Below the pieces are notes generated by a model. The model had not been told where the DNA came from. It saw only the letters and a list, made by a program, of their open reading frames with translations, and ran no database searches. This document shows positions 29,452-37,032 of a stretch of DNA of 64,000 nt, one piece after another (within the stretch, counting starts at the first letter, position 1; each line of letters opens with the position of its first letter). The stretch covers positions 100,961 through 164,960 of the forward strand of contig CAXMQS010000036.1 of the NCBI GenBank assembly GCA_964195995.1. The letters are read 5' to 3'. This stretch comes from an uncultured Acidimicrobiia bacterium. Its GTDB lineage: Bacteria > Actinomycetota > Acidimicrobiia > Spongiisociales > JAOTWH01. Made by a program: the position numbers and the translations under genes.

Positions 29452-29706
29452 ATGGCAGCCCAATCCAGATCGTTTCTTACCCGCCTGATAGCCGGCCGAT
29501 TCAGCGCTTTGTCAGGCGCCGGGCGCGAGATTCGCGAGGAGGCTGGGCTTTCCCTAGCTGAGGTGGCGCACGCAGTCGGCGTAGACAAGGGGACGTTGAG
29601 CCGATGGGAGCGGGGACTGGCTCGCCCTCGACGGAGTCAGGCCTTGCGCTACGAGGAGGTCCTGCGCGAGGTAGTAAAGGCAATGGTGGGATCCGATGAG
29701 CGGTGA
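29452..29706 (+). CDS. XRE-family HTH transcriptional regulator
   Basis: IREEAGLSLAEVAHAVGVDKGTLSRWERG is a classic Cro/C1-type HTH. Start set to ATG 29452. Confidence 0.75.
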   Translation: MAAQSRSFLTRLIAGRFSALSGAGREIREEAGLSLAEVAHAVGVDKGTLSRWERGLARPRRSQALRYEEVLREVVKAMVGSDER

Positions 29707-29905
29707 TGTGAGGAGCAAGGGGTTGATAAGACCGATGTTGACCCCTGTTGAACTCGCAGCGTTGCTTCGAGTGCCCCTGGCGACTTTGTACGCCTGGCGG
29801 TCACGAGGAGAGGGTCCACCTGCTCTGAAGATCGGAAGACACCTCCGCTACTTCGAACAAGACGTTGAGGCATGGGTCCGCAGCCGAGGAGAAGATGCGC
29901 GCTAA
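29696..29905 (+). CDS. excisionase-type (MerR-like) DNA-binding protein
   Basis: LTPVELAALLRVPLATLYAWRSRGEGPPALKIGRHLRYFEQDVEAWV matches the helix-turn-helix excisionase family pattern. Alternative start ATG 29735. Confidence 0.7.
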   Translation: MSGDVRSKGLIRPMLTPVELAALLRVPLATLYAWRSRGEGPPALKIGRHLRYFEQDVEAWVRSRGEDAR

Positions 29906-30119
29906 CCCGAACTCTCCAAAGAGGTGCCGCACGGTCTTCTCGCGCACACCGCTCACTATCGACCTGCTCACCGCTGAAGCATCTCGCGAGATCCGCACCA
30001 TGGTGCTGGAAGGCTGGGCCGTTACCGACGCTGCTTCGGCCTGGCACGACTGGTTGGTGGGAGTTATCGGCCTTTCAGCGGAGCGGGCCTCCGTGGAGAT
30101 CATCGGAGGCTCCGCATGA
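29895..30119 (+). CDS. hypothetical small protein (translationally coupled between the excisionase-like gene and PrimPol)
   Basis: GAGGAG RBS before ATG 29895. The 5' end overlaps the upstream stop, and the stop overlaps the PrimPol ATG (ATGA). Confidence 0.5.
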   Translation: MRANPNSPKRCRTVFSRTPLTIDLLTAEASREIRTMVLEGWAVTDAASAWHDWLVGVIGLSAERASVEIIGGSA

Positions 30120-30910
30120 TGTCTAGGGCGGCTGTCCGATACGCCGTTGAAGGTTGTTGGTTCGTGTTTCCGGTGGAGCCCCTGGGCAAGATCCCACTGG
30201 TGCCATGGGGCGATGAAGCCACCTTCAATCCCGACACCGTTCGAGGATGGTGGCAACGTCACCCAGAGGCGAACATCGGCGTTGCGTGTGGTCCCAGCGG
30301 ATTGGTGGTCGTCGATGTCGACGGCCCCGAAGGGGTTCAGTCGCTGGCTCGCCTAGGAAGAGACCTCCCTTCGACGCTGACAGCGCAGACCGGCAGAGGC
30401 CATCACTACTACTACAAGGCTCCGACATGGCCGCTCGGCAACACCGCCGGTCGGCTCCCTGGTATTGAAGGTGCGCTTCGTGGTGTTGACCTGCGAGCGG
30501 ACGGCGGATACATCATTACGCCACCGTCGATACACCCCTCCGGAAGGAGGTACCGCTGGCTATCAGGTCCTGTCGAGCCGGCCGCGTGTCCCTCTTGGTT
30601 ACGGCCGTTACCGCGGCCCAAGGCACCAGCAGCCCGCGTCGGTGTCGTTGGCAATGCCTACGCGCTCGCTGCCCTCCGCGAGGAGGTGGGGGCCGTCGGT
30701 ACGACGAAGCCAGGTCGCCGCAACGATCGCTTGAACTCTGCTGCTTTCTCGCTGGGTCAACTGGTGGGGGCGGGATTGCTCGACGCCGCAGACGTGGCAT
30801 CGCTGCTTCTCGGTGCTGCTGGCGTTTGCGGCCTGCCCGACAGGGAGGCGCGCCGCACCGTTGCCTCCGGCCTGGGCTCTGGCATCGCCCAACCCCGTGA
30901 GGTGGCGTGA
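30116..30910 (+). CDS. bifunctional DNA primase/polymerase (PrimPol, N-terminal domain family)
   Basis: VFPVEPLGKIPLVPW, VVDVDGPEG (metal-binding DxD), GRGHHYYYKAP and GVDLRADGGYIITPPSIHPSGRRYRW. Confidence 0.85.
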   Translation: MMSRAAVRYAVEGCWFVFPVEPLGKIPLVPWGDEATFNPDTVRGWWQRHPEANIGVACGPSGLVVVDVDGPEGVQSLARLGRDLPSTLTAQTGRGHHYYYKAPTWPLGNTAGRLPGIEGALRGVDLRADGGYIITPPSIHPSGRRYRWLSGPVEPAACPSWLRPLPRPKAPAARVGVVGNAYALAALREEVGAVGTTKPGRRNDRLNSAAFSLGQLVGAGLLDAADVASLLLGAAGVCGLPDREARRTVASGLGSGIAQPREVA

Positions 30911-32225
30911 GGTGGACATCGACGCGGTTGTCGCCGCTGCAGAACCTGTGACTACCGGTGAACTCCGGGATTTCGCTGATGTCAACGCGCGGCACAACGA
31001 TGCCAGAAGTTCGAGTGTCAGCAGCGCATCGGCTCCGAAGCCCGCTTTGATGGCTGAGGCAACAGGTCCGCCAACGTTGCCCATCGAGGTCTACTACGGA
31101 CCCATCGGGCGATACGTCGAGATCATGCGGCCCACAACGGAGGCACCGCCAGAGTTCCACTTCGGAGCCTTCCTAACCAGCTTGTCAATCCTGTTCGGCA
31201 CCTGCTACCTCGAAGTTGGCGGGCGACGGCTATATCCGACGCTGTTCAGCATCCTCACTGGAAGCACCGGTATTACCCACAAGACCACCGTGGCGAATCA
31301 GGTGGTGACCTTCCTTCGTCTCGTCGCTCCCGACCTGATCATTCTTCCCGGCTCAGGGAGTAGGGAGGGCCTGGTGAAGAGCCTCCCCGACGAAGGCTCT
31401 CCGGTGTTCTGGCGGGCACCCGAGTTCACCCAGCAGTTGCGCAAGGCCGCCAACAGCGGCACGGGCAATCTGGTGGAGTTCTGGCTGGAGATCTACGACA
31501 GGCCGTCTTCCATCGAGCACCGGCTGGCCAAGGAGACCATCATCAAGCACAACCCCTGCGTGGCGATGCTGTCCGACGGCACCGAGTCCTACCTGACCGA
31601 GGTCTTTTCGGTGGCAGCCATCGGGAACGGACTGCTGAATCGTCTATGCATCTGGATGGGACAGCCAGGTGGTCCGATCCCGTTCCCTCCCGCTCCCGAC
31701 ACGGTCGAGCTGGATCGGCTGGTCGAGGAAGTGCGGCTGGCGGCGAAGAAGGCTGAGGGCCTGCCGGTGACCGCATCGGAGGAGGCCCTTGAAGCCTGGA
31801 GCGACCTGTACCACGCCGAGGTCTACCCGATGCAGCAGAGGCCAGGTGGGGAGGCATACGCGCGGCTGTCTGACATGACGTGGAAGGTGGCGACCATATT
31901 CACGCTCGCTGATCAGCGGTCCGTCGTCGAGAAGGACGACCTCCTCTCCGGATGGACGGTCGCCAAGTACCTCGTCGAGTGCTCTTCGAGAATCGCCGGA
32001 CAGATTGGGGCCTCGGAGCAGGCACAGCTATGTGAGGCGGTGGCGACGGCTGTTGAGAAGCACGGCCCGATTCCCAGCGCGGGCTACCTACCAAGGCACA
32101 TCAGCCCACGATGGCGGTCGAAGCTCGATGACTTCGGCGGGGCAAAGCGGGTGTTGGACCGGCTGGTGCGCGATGAGCGAATCGACTTCGCGGAGGGGCG
32201 CGGTTTCTTCGGCATCGGGACGTAA
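30897..32225 (+). CDS. DUF3987-like protein (primase-associated helicase-like partner)
   Basis: Large ORF coupled to PrimPol. The pattern YYGPIGRYVEIMRPTTEAPPEFHFGAFLTSLSILFG resembles DUF3987 proteins that follow PrimPol genes. Start set to GTG 30897 (alternative 30912); the track start 30813 lies inside PrimPol. Confidence 0.6.
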   Translation: MRWREVDIDAVVAAAEPVTTGELRDFADVNARHNDARSSSVSSASAPKPALMAEATGPPTLPIEVYYGPIGRYVEIMRPTTEAPPEFHFGAFLTSLSILFGTCYLEVGGRRLYPTLFSILTGSTGITHKTTVANQVVTFLRLVAPDLIILPGSGSREGLVKSLPDEGSPVFWRAPEFTQQLRKAANSGTGNLVEFWLEIYDRPSSIEHRLAKETIIKHNPCVAMLSDGTESYLTEVFSVAAIGNGLLNRLCIWMGQPGGPIPFPPAPDTVELDRLVEEVRLAAKKAEGLPVTASEEALEAWSDLYHAEVYPMQQRPGGEAYARLSDMTWKVATIFTLADQRSVVEKDDLLSGWTVAKYLVECSSRIAGQIGASEQAQLCEAVATAVEKHGPIPSAGYLPRHISPRWRSKLDDFGGAKRVLDRLVRDERIDFAEGRGFFGIGT

Positions 32226-32236
32226 GGATCGGCATT

Positions 32237-32380
32237 TGTGACAATGTGACGTGTGACAGACCCCGCACACGCCCAAACCGTCCTCTTCCCATCACATAGT
32301 CACAACTCTCTCTCACTCTCTCTCTTTCCCTTATGGAAAGGGGGAATATGCGTGTGACGGGCGTCGTCACAAACTGTCAC
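32237..32380. repeat. iteron-like TGTGAC/GTCACA repeats, CT-rich tract and short hairpins (candidate replication origin of the element)
   Basis: TGTGAC at 32237, 32245, 32252 and 32353. GTCAC(A) at 32299, 32366 and 32376. CT tract 32306-32330. Hairpin CTTTCC-cttat-GGAAAG. Confidence 0.4.
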
Positions 32381-32391
32381 AACAGTCGAAA

Positions 32392-32443
32392 TTCGCGCAA
32401 TCCGCGAGGGGTATCCCCCCTATACCCATAGGGGGCCGGGGCC
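32392..32443 (+). repeat. double-hairpin repeat B, copy 1
   Basis: TTCGCGCAATCCGCGA...CCCCTATACCCATAGGGGGCCGGGGCC, containing hairpins TCGCG-caatc-CGCGA and CCCCTAT-accc-ATAGGGG. About 80 percent identical to copy 2. Confidence 0.7.
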
Positions 32444-32645
32444 TTACCATCATGGGGTTAACTTCCTGTAACTAAGGGGCCCGGAGGGGTAATCAGGGAC
32501 CAGCGATTCACGCGAAACACCGCGTGAGGGGTACCAAATGCTGTGGGTACCGTCACGCCTCTCGACACCCTTTGCACCCCCGACTAAACGCCTCTTCCAA
32601 TACCGACCCAAGGGCTATACCGCACCTGTACTCGACAGAAGTACT

Positions 32646-32679
32646 GCACACCAGGGCGTGACCTCGCCTGAGGTCGAAC
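32646..32679 (+). repeat. R repeat, partial copy R0 (right half only)
   Basis: GCACACCAGGGCGTGACCTCGCCTGAGGTCGAAC. It lacks the CTCTAGGAACATTCG left part and lies about 100 nt upstream of the cyclase-STAND gene. Confidence 0.8.
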
Positions 32680-32776
32680 CGACGGTGGCATTTGGGATCG
32701 TGAAGAAGAAACAGTCTGCGACGAGTCATGGCCAGGCGTAGTCTGATGAGACGCTACGAACCAACAGCCTCATTCA

Positions 32777-35398
32777 ATGAAACTGCCGACTGGAACCGTC
32801 TCCTTCCTCTTTACTGACGTTGAAGGCTCGACCCGACTGCTGCACCAGTTAGGTGAGCGGTATTCGAATGCCCTCGAAACCCATTCCAGAATCATCGAGT
32901 CTCGTGTTGGCGCGGCTGATGGCGTTGTGGTGAACACCGAAGGTGACGCCTTCTTCTGTGCGTTTTCAAATGCTGCCGATGCAGTCGGAGCTGCGGTGGG
33001 CATACAGCGGGACTTCGCTGATTACGCCTGGCCGCCTGATGGACAGTTTCGTGTTCGGATGGGCATCCACACCGGTGACGGAACCTTGGGGGGTCGGGAT
33101 TACGTCGGAGTGGACGTGCATCGAGCGGCTCGTATTTCGGCTGCTGGTTACGGCGGGCAGATCCTTGTGTCGGCTGAGACGTTTGCGCTAACAGAGCGGA
33201 GGCTTCCCGGCGGTGTGGCGATGCGCGATCTGGGCGAGCATCACCTGAAGGACCTCCCACGTGCCGAGCATGTGTTTCAGGTGGTTGTTTCCGAGTTGCC
33301 CTCCGACTTCCCAGCTCTGAAGTCAGATTCCAGAAGATCTCACAACCTTTCAGCCACGCTGAATACCTTTGTTGGTCGGTCTGATGAACTAGTTGCGATC
33401 AGCGAGCGACTTGGTGCGTCCCGACTGATCACGCTGGTGGGGCCTGGTGGCACGGGGAAGACCCGGTTGGCCGTCGAGGTTGGTTTCAACGTACTTGACA
33501 TCCTCACGGATGGGGTGTGGATGGTCGAGTTGGCTTCGGTATCCGAGTCTGGTGGTGTCCAGCGTTCGCTCGCTGCGGCTCTTCGACTGCGGGAACAACT
33601 CGACATCGCTTTGGTGGACACGATCTCTGATCATCTGGCTCAGAAGTCCGCGCTCGTCATCCTCGACAATTGCGAGCACCTACTTTCGGCGTGTGCCGAA
33701 CTTGCTGACCATCTCCTGCGGTTGTGTCCCGAAGTCCGCATGTTGGCGACGAGCCGCCAGGCGCTTGGTGTGTCGGGCGAAAGAGTCCATCAGGTCGCAG
33801 GGCTTACTGTTCCTACTGCTGAGATGTCTGGCGAAGAGCTTATGGCATCCGAGGCCGTGGAACTGCTCGTTGATCGCGTGACAGAGCGTAAGAGAGATTT
33901 CTTACTCACGGTCGAGAATTCAGAAGCAGTGGCCCAGATTTGTCGTCGCCTTGATGGCATTCCACTGGCAATAGAACTCGCAGCGGCCAGGGTCAACGTC
34001 TTGGGAGTCGAGCAGATCGCTGGGCGGCTTGATGATCGGTTCCGATTGCTGACTGGTGGAACCGCTGTCGATCTTCCCCACCACCAAACGTTGCGGCTGG
34101 CGATGGATTGGAGCTATGACCTACTTGTCGCCGAGGAAGCGGCTTTGTTTCGGTGGTTGTCGGTCTTTGCGGGAGGATGCTCACTGGAAGCTGTCGAGTC
34201 GGTGTGCTCCACCGATTCTGTGCCGGAGTCTGCCGTCCTCGACCTGTTGCAGGGCCTCATCGAGAAATCGCTAGTGGTCGTCGATGATCATCAAAATCCG
34301 GTGCGATATCGCATGCTTGAAACCGTCCGCGCGTATGCCGACGACAAGTTGGCCTCATCCGGCGAACGGGAAGCGGCGCTGGTTAGTCATGGGCGTTATT
34401 ACCTGCGTGTGGCCGAAGAGGCTGAACCCGCTCTGCAAGGTTCAGTTGACAGCTCGTCACAAGCAGAGGTTCTCGACCGGCTGGAGCTTGATCATGGAAA
34501 CTTCCGTGCTGCGATGGAGGGGCTCCTGCATACCGAGCAGGACCTTGTTGGCAGGCTGGCTGGATCGCTGTGGCGCTATTGGGAAGTTCGCGGCCACCTC
34601 AACGAGGGAAGCGAATGGATGAAAGCAATTCTCGAAGCCGGACGAGAACTAGCACCAAACGTCCGTGCCAAAGCTCTCGCCGGCGCAGGAAAGCTCGCCT
34701 GGCGTCGGGGTGCCTTCGAGGAAGCAGAACCACTATTCCGCGACAGTCTTGAACTGTGGCGCACAGTGGATGACCGGGCCGGAGAAGCTAACGCCCTTCA
34801 TGGTCTAGCCAGAGCAGCACTCAACCTAGGCCACCACGAGGAGGCGCAATCGTCGGGAGAACAAAGCCTGGCGATCCAAACCGAACTCGAAAACCCGCAA
34901 GGCATCGCCACCGCGATCAATACCCTCGGAGAGGTCGCTCGGCTCAAAGGCGATCTCCACCAAGCCCAAGATAGGTATATGGACAGCCTCCACATCTATG
35001 AGGACATTGGGGATACAGCCGCCTTCATCACCGTTAAGCACAACCTTGGATATACCGCCCTAGGTCAAGGCGACACCGAACGGGCCGAGGCTAGATTCCT
35101 CGAAGCGATGACAATCGCACGAGACCTGCAAGACCATCTCGGCATCTTCTCGATGTTCGGAGGGTTGGCCGCTGTAGCGATTACGCAAGGAGACGCCGTT
35201 CGAGCTGCAACATTGTTTGGTGCTTCTAGTGCTGTCGCGACAGATGGATACGCGGGGGATCGAGTGGACCAAATCGAGGTCCAACGTAATCTGGCAGCAA
35301 CGCGAGCGGTTCTCGAACCCGAAACTTTCAACCGAGCATGGCAGGACGGCGAAGAAATGCCACGCGAAGCAGCTATTGCCTATGCGCTAGGAACATGA
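32777..35398 (+). CDS. class III adenylate/guanylate cyclase fused to a STAND (NB-ARC/AAA-type) NTPase and TPR repeats
   Basis: Cyclase domain (VSFLFTDVEGST, NTEGDAFFCAF, RMGIHTGD). Walker A LVGPGGTGKTRLA and Walker B ALVILDNCEHLL. C-terminal TPR-like repeats (ANALHGLARAALNLGHHEEA, ATAINTLGEVARLKGD). Visibly more A/T-ending codons than the housekeeping block. Confidence 0.85.
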   Translation: MKLPTGTVSFLFTDVEGSTRLLHQLGERYSNALETHSRIIESRVGAADGVVVNTEGDAFFCAFSNAADAVGAAVGIQRDFADYAWPPDGQFRVRMGIHTGDGTLGGRDYVGVDVHRAARISAAGYGGQILVSAETFALTERRLPGGVAMRDLGEHHLKDLPRAEHVFQVVVSELPSDFPALKSDSRRSHNLSATLNTFVGRSDELVAISERLGASRLITLVGPGGTGKTRLAVEVGFNVLDILTDGVWMVELASVSESGGVQRSLAAALRLREQLDIALVDTISDHLAQKSALVILDNCEHLLSACAELADHLLRLCPEVRMLATSRQALGVSGERVHQVAGLTVPTAEMSGEELMASEAVELLVDRVTERKRDFLLTVENSEAVAQICRRLDGIPLAIELAAARVNVLGVEQIAGRLDDRFRLLTGGTAVDLPHHQTLRLAMDWSYDLLVAEEAALFRWLSVFAGGCSLEAVESVCSTDSVPESAVLDLLQGLIEKSLVVVDDHQNPVRYRMLETVRAYADDKLASSGEREAALVSHGRYYLRVAEEAEPALQGSVDSSSQAEVLDRLELDHGNFRAAMEGLLHTEQDLVGRLAGSLWRYWEVRGHLNEGSEWMKAILEAGRELAPNVRAKALAGAGKLAWRRGAFEEAEPLFRDSLELWRTVDDRAGEANALHGLARAALNLGHHEEAQSSGEQSLAIQTELENPQGIATAINTLGEVARLKGDLHQAQDRYMDSLHIYEDIGDTAAFITVKHNLGYTALGQGDTERAEARFLEAMTIARDLQDHLGIFSMFGGLAAVAITQGDAVRAATLFGASSAVATDGYAGDRVDQIEVQRNLAATRAVLEPETFNRAWQDGEEMPREAAIAYALGT

Positions 35399-35533
35399 GC
35401 TCGCCAGGTTTGAGATTCCCATCACAAGCCTCGATCCGGATCTAGGAACATCGGTGGTCTCTCCCGAATCCCCGCTACCGCTACACGCAACCAAGAACAG
35501 ACCCGCAATTCCCAGTGCGACTAAGAATCGCAT
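35387..35533 (-). CDS. hypothetical small lipoprotein (48 aa)
   Basis: GGGAGA RBS before ATG 35533. MRFLVALGIAGLFLVACSG is a lipoprotein signal with a lipobox. Convergent 12-nt overlap with the cyclase gene end. Confidence 0.4.
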   Translation of the reverse strand: MRFLVALGIAGLFLVACSGSGDSGETTDVPRSGSRLVMGISNLASSCS

Positions 35534-35570
35534 CTTGTCTCCCGTTTCGTGGAGGGGGACCCTCAGAGGG

Positions 35571-35656
35571 CCTGTTCCCCCGCGGGTCCCTTCGCGTCCT
35601 CTAGGAACATTCGTGCACACTGGCACACCAGGGCGTGACCTCGCCCGAGGTCGAAC
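35571..35656 (+). repeat. R repeat copy R1 (GC-hairpin left module plus full 53-nt right module)
   Basis: CCTGTTCCCCCGCGGGTCCCTTCGCG + CCTCTAGGAACATTCGTGCACACTGGCACACCAGGGCGTGACCTCGCCCGAGG + TCGAAC. Confidence 0.9.
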
Positions 35657-35720
35657 GACTAGCTGGTGTCCGACGATTCCTACTCGCTCTTCAGTGTGCA
35701 GACGGCTACCTATGGATGAT

Positions 35721-35770
35721 TTCGCGCAATCCGCGACGGCGGCCCCCTATCCCCATAGGGGGCCGAGGCC
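35721..35770 (+). repeat. double-hairpin repeat B, copy 2
   Basis: TTCGCGCAATCCGCGACGGCGGCCCCCTATCCCCATAGGGGGCCGAGGCC, with the same two hairpins as copy 1 at 32392. Confidence 0.7.
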
Positions 35771-35959
35771 TCGCTAGCGGCCCTCAGAGGTGCTTGGACA
35801 GCCGCCCTCACGCAAGGGCGGCGAAAACCAGCATGATGGGTTGTCTCTCCTGCGGCTCTCGGATGCTTCCCCTGCTCCGGGGATACCCCTCTCCCGAGGC
35901 GATGCGGGCAGCGTTCGATCAGGGGTTGATAGCTAGGCGTGCGATCCTCCGCCAGATGA

Positions 35960-36238
35960 TCAGTACTGGACGGACTCAGCTTCTTCGTACACCTCAACGC
36001 GAGGCTCGCCTGTCACACCCGCCTTGTCCATGTTCGCCTTCAGGTCAGGGTTCTCGATCATCTCGTTGGCTGCATCAATGGACTCGAACCCGACGACGAC
36101 GGCCACCGTGTTCGGATCGCTCACCAACCGGTTGACGCGAGCGAACGATGCGCCGAATGTTCCGGGGTTTCGCGCGTCGTAGACAGACTTCCACGCCTCA
36201 TAATCGGCAACCGGGTGCTGGATAGCAACGACAATCAT
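35960..36238 (-). CDS. hypothetical small protein (92 aa, possibly a ferredoxin-like/ABM-like fold)
   Basis: AAGGGAG RBS before ATG 36238. MIVVAIQHPVADYEAWKSVYD... has no recognised signature. Confidence 0.55.
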   Translation of the reverse strand: MIVVAIQHPVADYEAWKSVYDARNPGTFGASFARVNRLVSDPNTVAVVVGFESIDAANEMIENPDLKANMDKAGVTGEPRVEVYEEAESVQY

Positions 36239-36289
36239 TCGTACTCCCTTAACTCTGCCCGACCGTGGTGCCGGACCTCTCTTCAACCT

Positions 36290-36436
36290 TACCAGTTGAT
36301 GATGGAAGGAGTGCCGGTGCCGATCATCCAGAAGCAACTAGGACATGCGAGCTTGGCTACGACGCAGCGGTACCTGGAGCATCTTGCCCCTGCGGATGTG
36401 ATTGAGGCAATGCAGCGACGGGAGTGGTCGGTCTAG
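36290..36436 (+). pseudogene. C-terminal fragment of a tyrosine recombinase/integrase
   Basis: The translation ...MMEGVPVPIIQKQLGHASLATTQRYLEHLAPADV matches only the last ~45 aa (LGHxxxxTTxxYxH, catalytic Tyr region). No upstream catalytic boxes are present. The stop TAG lies within an inverted copy of the GC-hairpin module. Confidence 0.7.
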
Positions 36437-36463
36437 ACGCGAAGGGACCTCCGCCGAAGCAGG
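36433..36463 (-). repeat. inverted copy of the GC-hairpin (left) module of the R repeat
   Basis: The reverse complement reads CCTGCTTCGGCGGAGGTCCCTTCGCGTCTAG; compare R6 CCTGCTCCGGCGGGGGTCCCTTCGCGTCTAG. Confidence 0.75.
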
Positions 36464-36515
36464 AGTCCCAGGCGACCGAACGGCTCGTCGGACGCCTAGA
36501 TCGCTGGCTGTCCTA

Positions 36516-36815
36516 CTAGGGGCCGGGCAGCGGTCGGAAATTGTCGATGAAGACCTCCTTGCTCCGTGAGTAAGCCGGTGCCAGTAGGCAGACAAAAGAG
36601 TCCCCGTTGTCGTCAAACTCCGCGCCCTCCGGGAAGCTGGTTACCGATTGCAGTGCCCACACGATCGGGTTATGCAGCGGCTCCCCGGGAAGTGGGACAG
36701 GATCCGAGGCTGGACCGGGACACCCGCCCAGCGGTGCTCCATTGGCCGATGCCGGTAAAGGCACCATCACAAATACCAACAAGACGACAAGCGCCAACAA
36801 CATGGGCTTTCGCAT
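36516..36815 (-). CDS. hypothetical secreted small protein (99 aa)
   Basis: GGGAGGAGG RBS before ATG 36815. Signal peptide MRKPMLLALVVLLVFVMVPLPASA. Confidence 0.6.
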   Translation of the reverse strand: MRKPMLLALVVLLVFVMVPLPASANGAPLGGCPGPASDPVPLPGEPLHNPIVWALQSVTSFPEGAEFDDNGDSFVCLLAPAYSRSKEVFIDNFRPLPGP

Positions 36816-36952
36816 AAATCCTCCTCCCGCCTTGGATGCCAACCCTGGGGGAGGGGTCACTGGGCCGCTAGAGGCTTAGGGCCGAACCTTGTCGGCTCTT
36901 GGTGACCCGCGAAGGTGCAGAAATCTCCACCGATCTGACCGGAACCGGCCCG

Positions 36953-37004
36953 CTTTAGGAACATTCGTCAACACTGGCGCACCAGGGCGTGACCTCGCCT
37001 GAGG
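36953..37004 (+). repeat. R repeat copy R2
   Basis: CTTTAGGAACATTCGTCAACACTGGCGCACCAGGGCGTGACCTCGCCTGAGG. Confidence 0.9.
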
Positions 37005-37032
37005 CCGCGGTGTCAGAGTCCGCGATCTCGGC

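Larger units (their letters stand above)
27496..32640. mobile_element. tRNA-Val-adjacent integrative element (integrase, XRE, excisionase-like, PrimPol, DUF3987-like, iteron region); right boundary not defined
   Basis: The gene content is typical of small actinobacterial integrative elements and sits immediately 3' of a tRNA gene. I could not find a direct repeat of the tRNA-Val 3' end, so attR and the exact end are unknown. Confidence 0.55.

Noticed and set aside
35598-35650. A conserved minus-strand peptide (SRPGVPVFTNVPRG) encoded by the R repeats.
   Set aside because: Substitutions among copies are not biased to synonymous positions. There is no common start, stop or RBS context, and the frame is not continuous with the downstream genes.
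35635-36135. ORFs beginning MTSPE... at 35635, 36989 and 56425, which looked like a conserved N-terminus.
   Set aside because: The shared GTGACCTCGCCTGAGG start is simply the R repeat itself. The downstream translations are unrelated and low-complexity, and there is no RBS.
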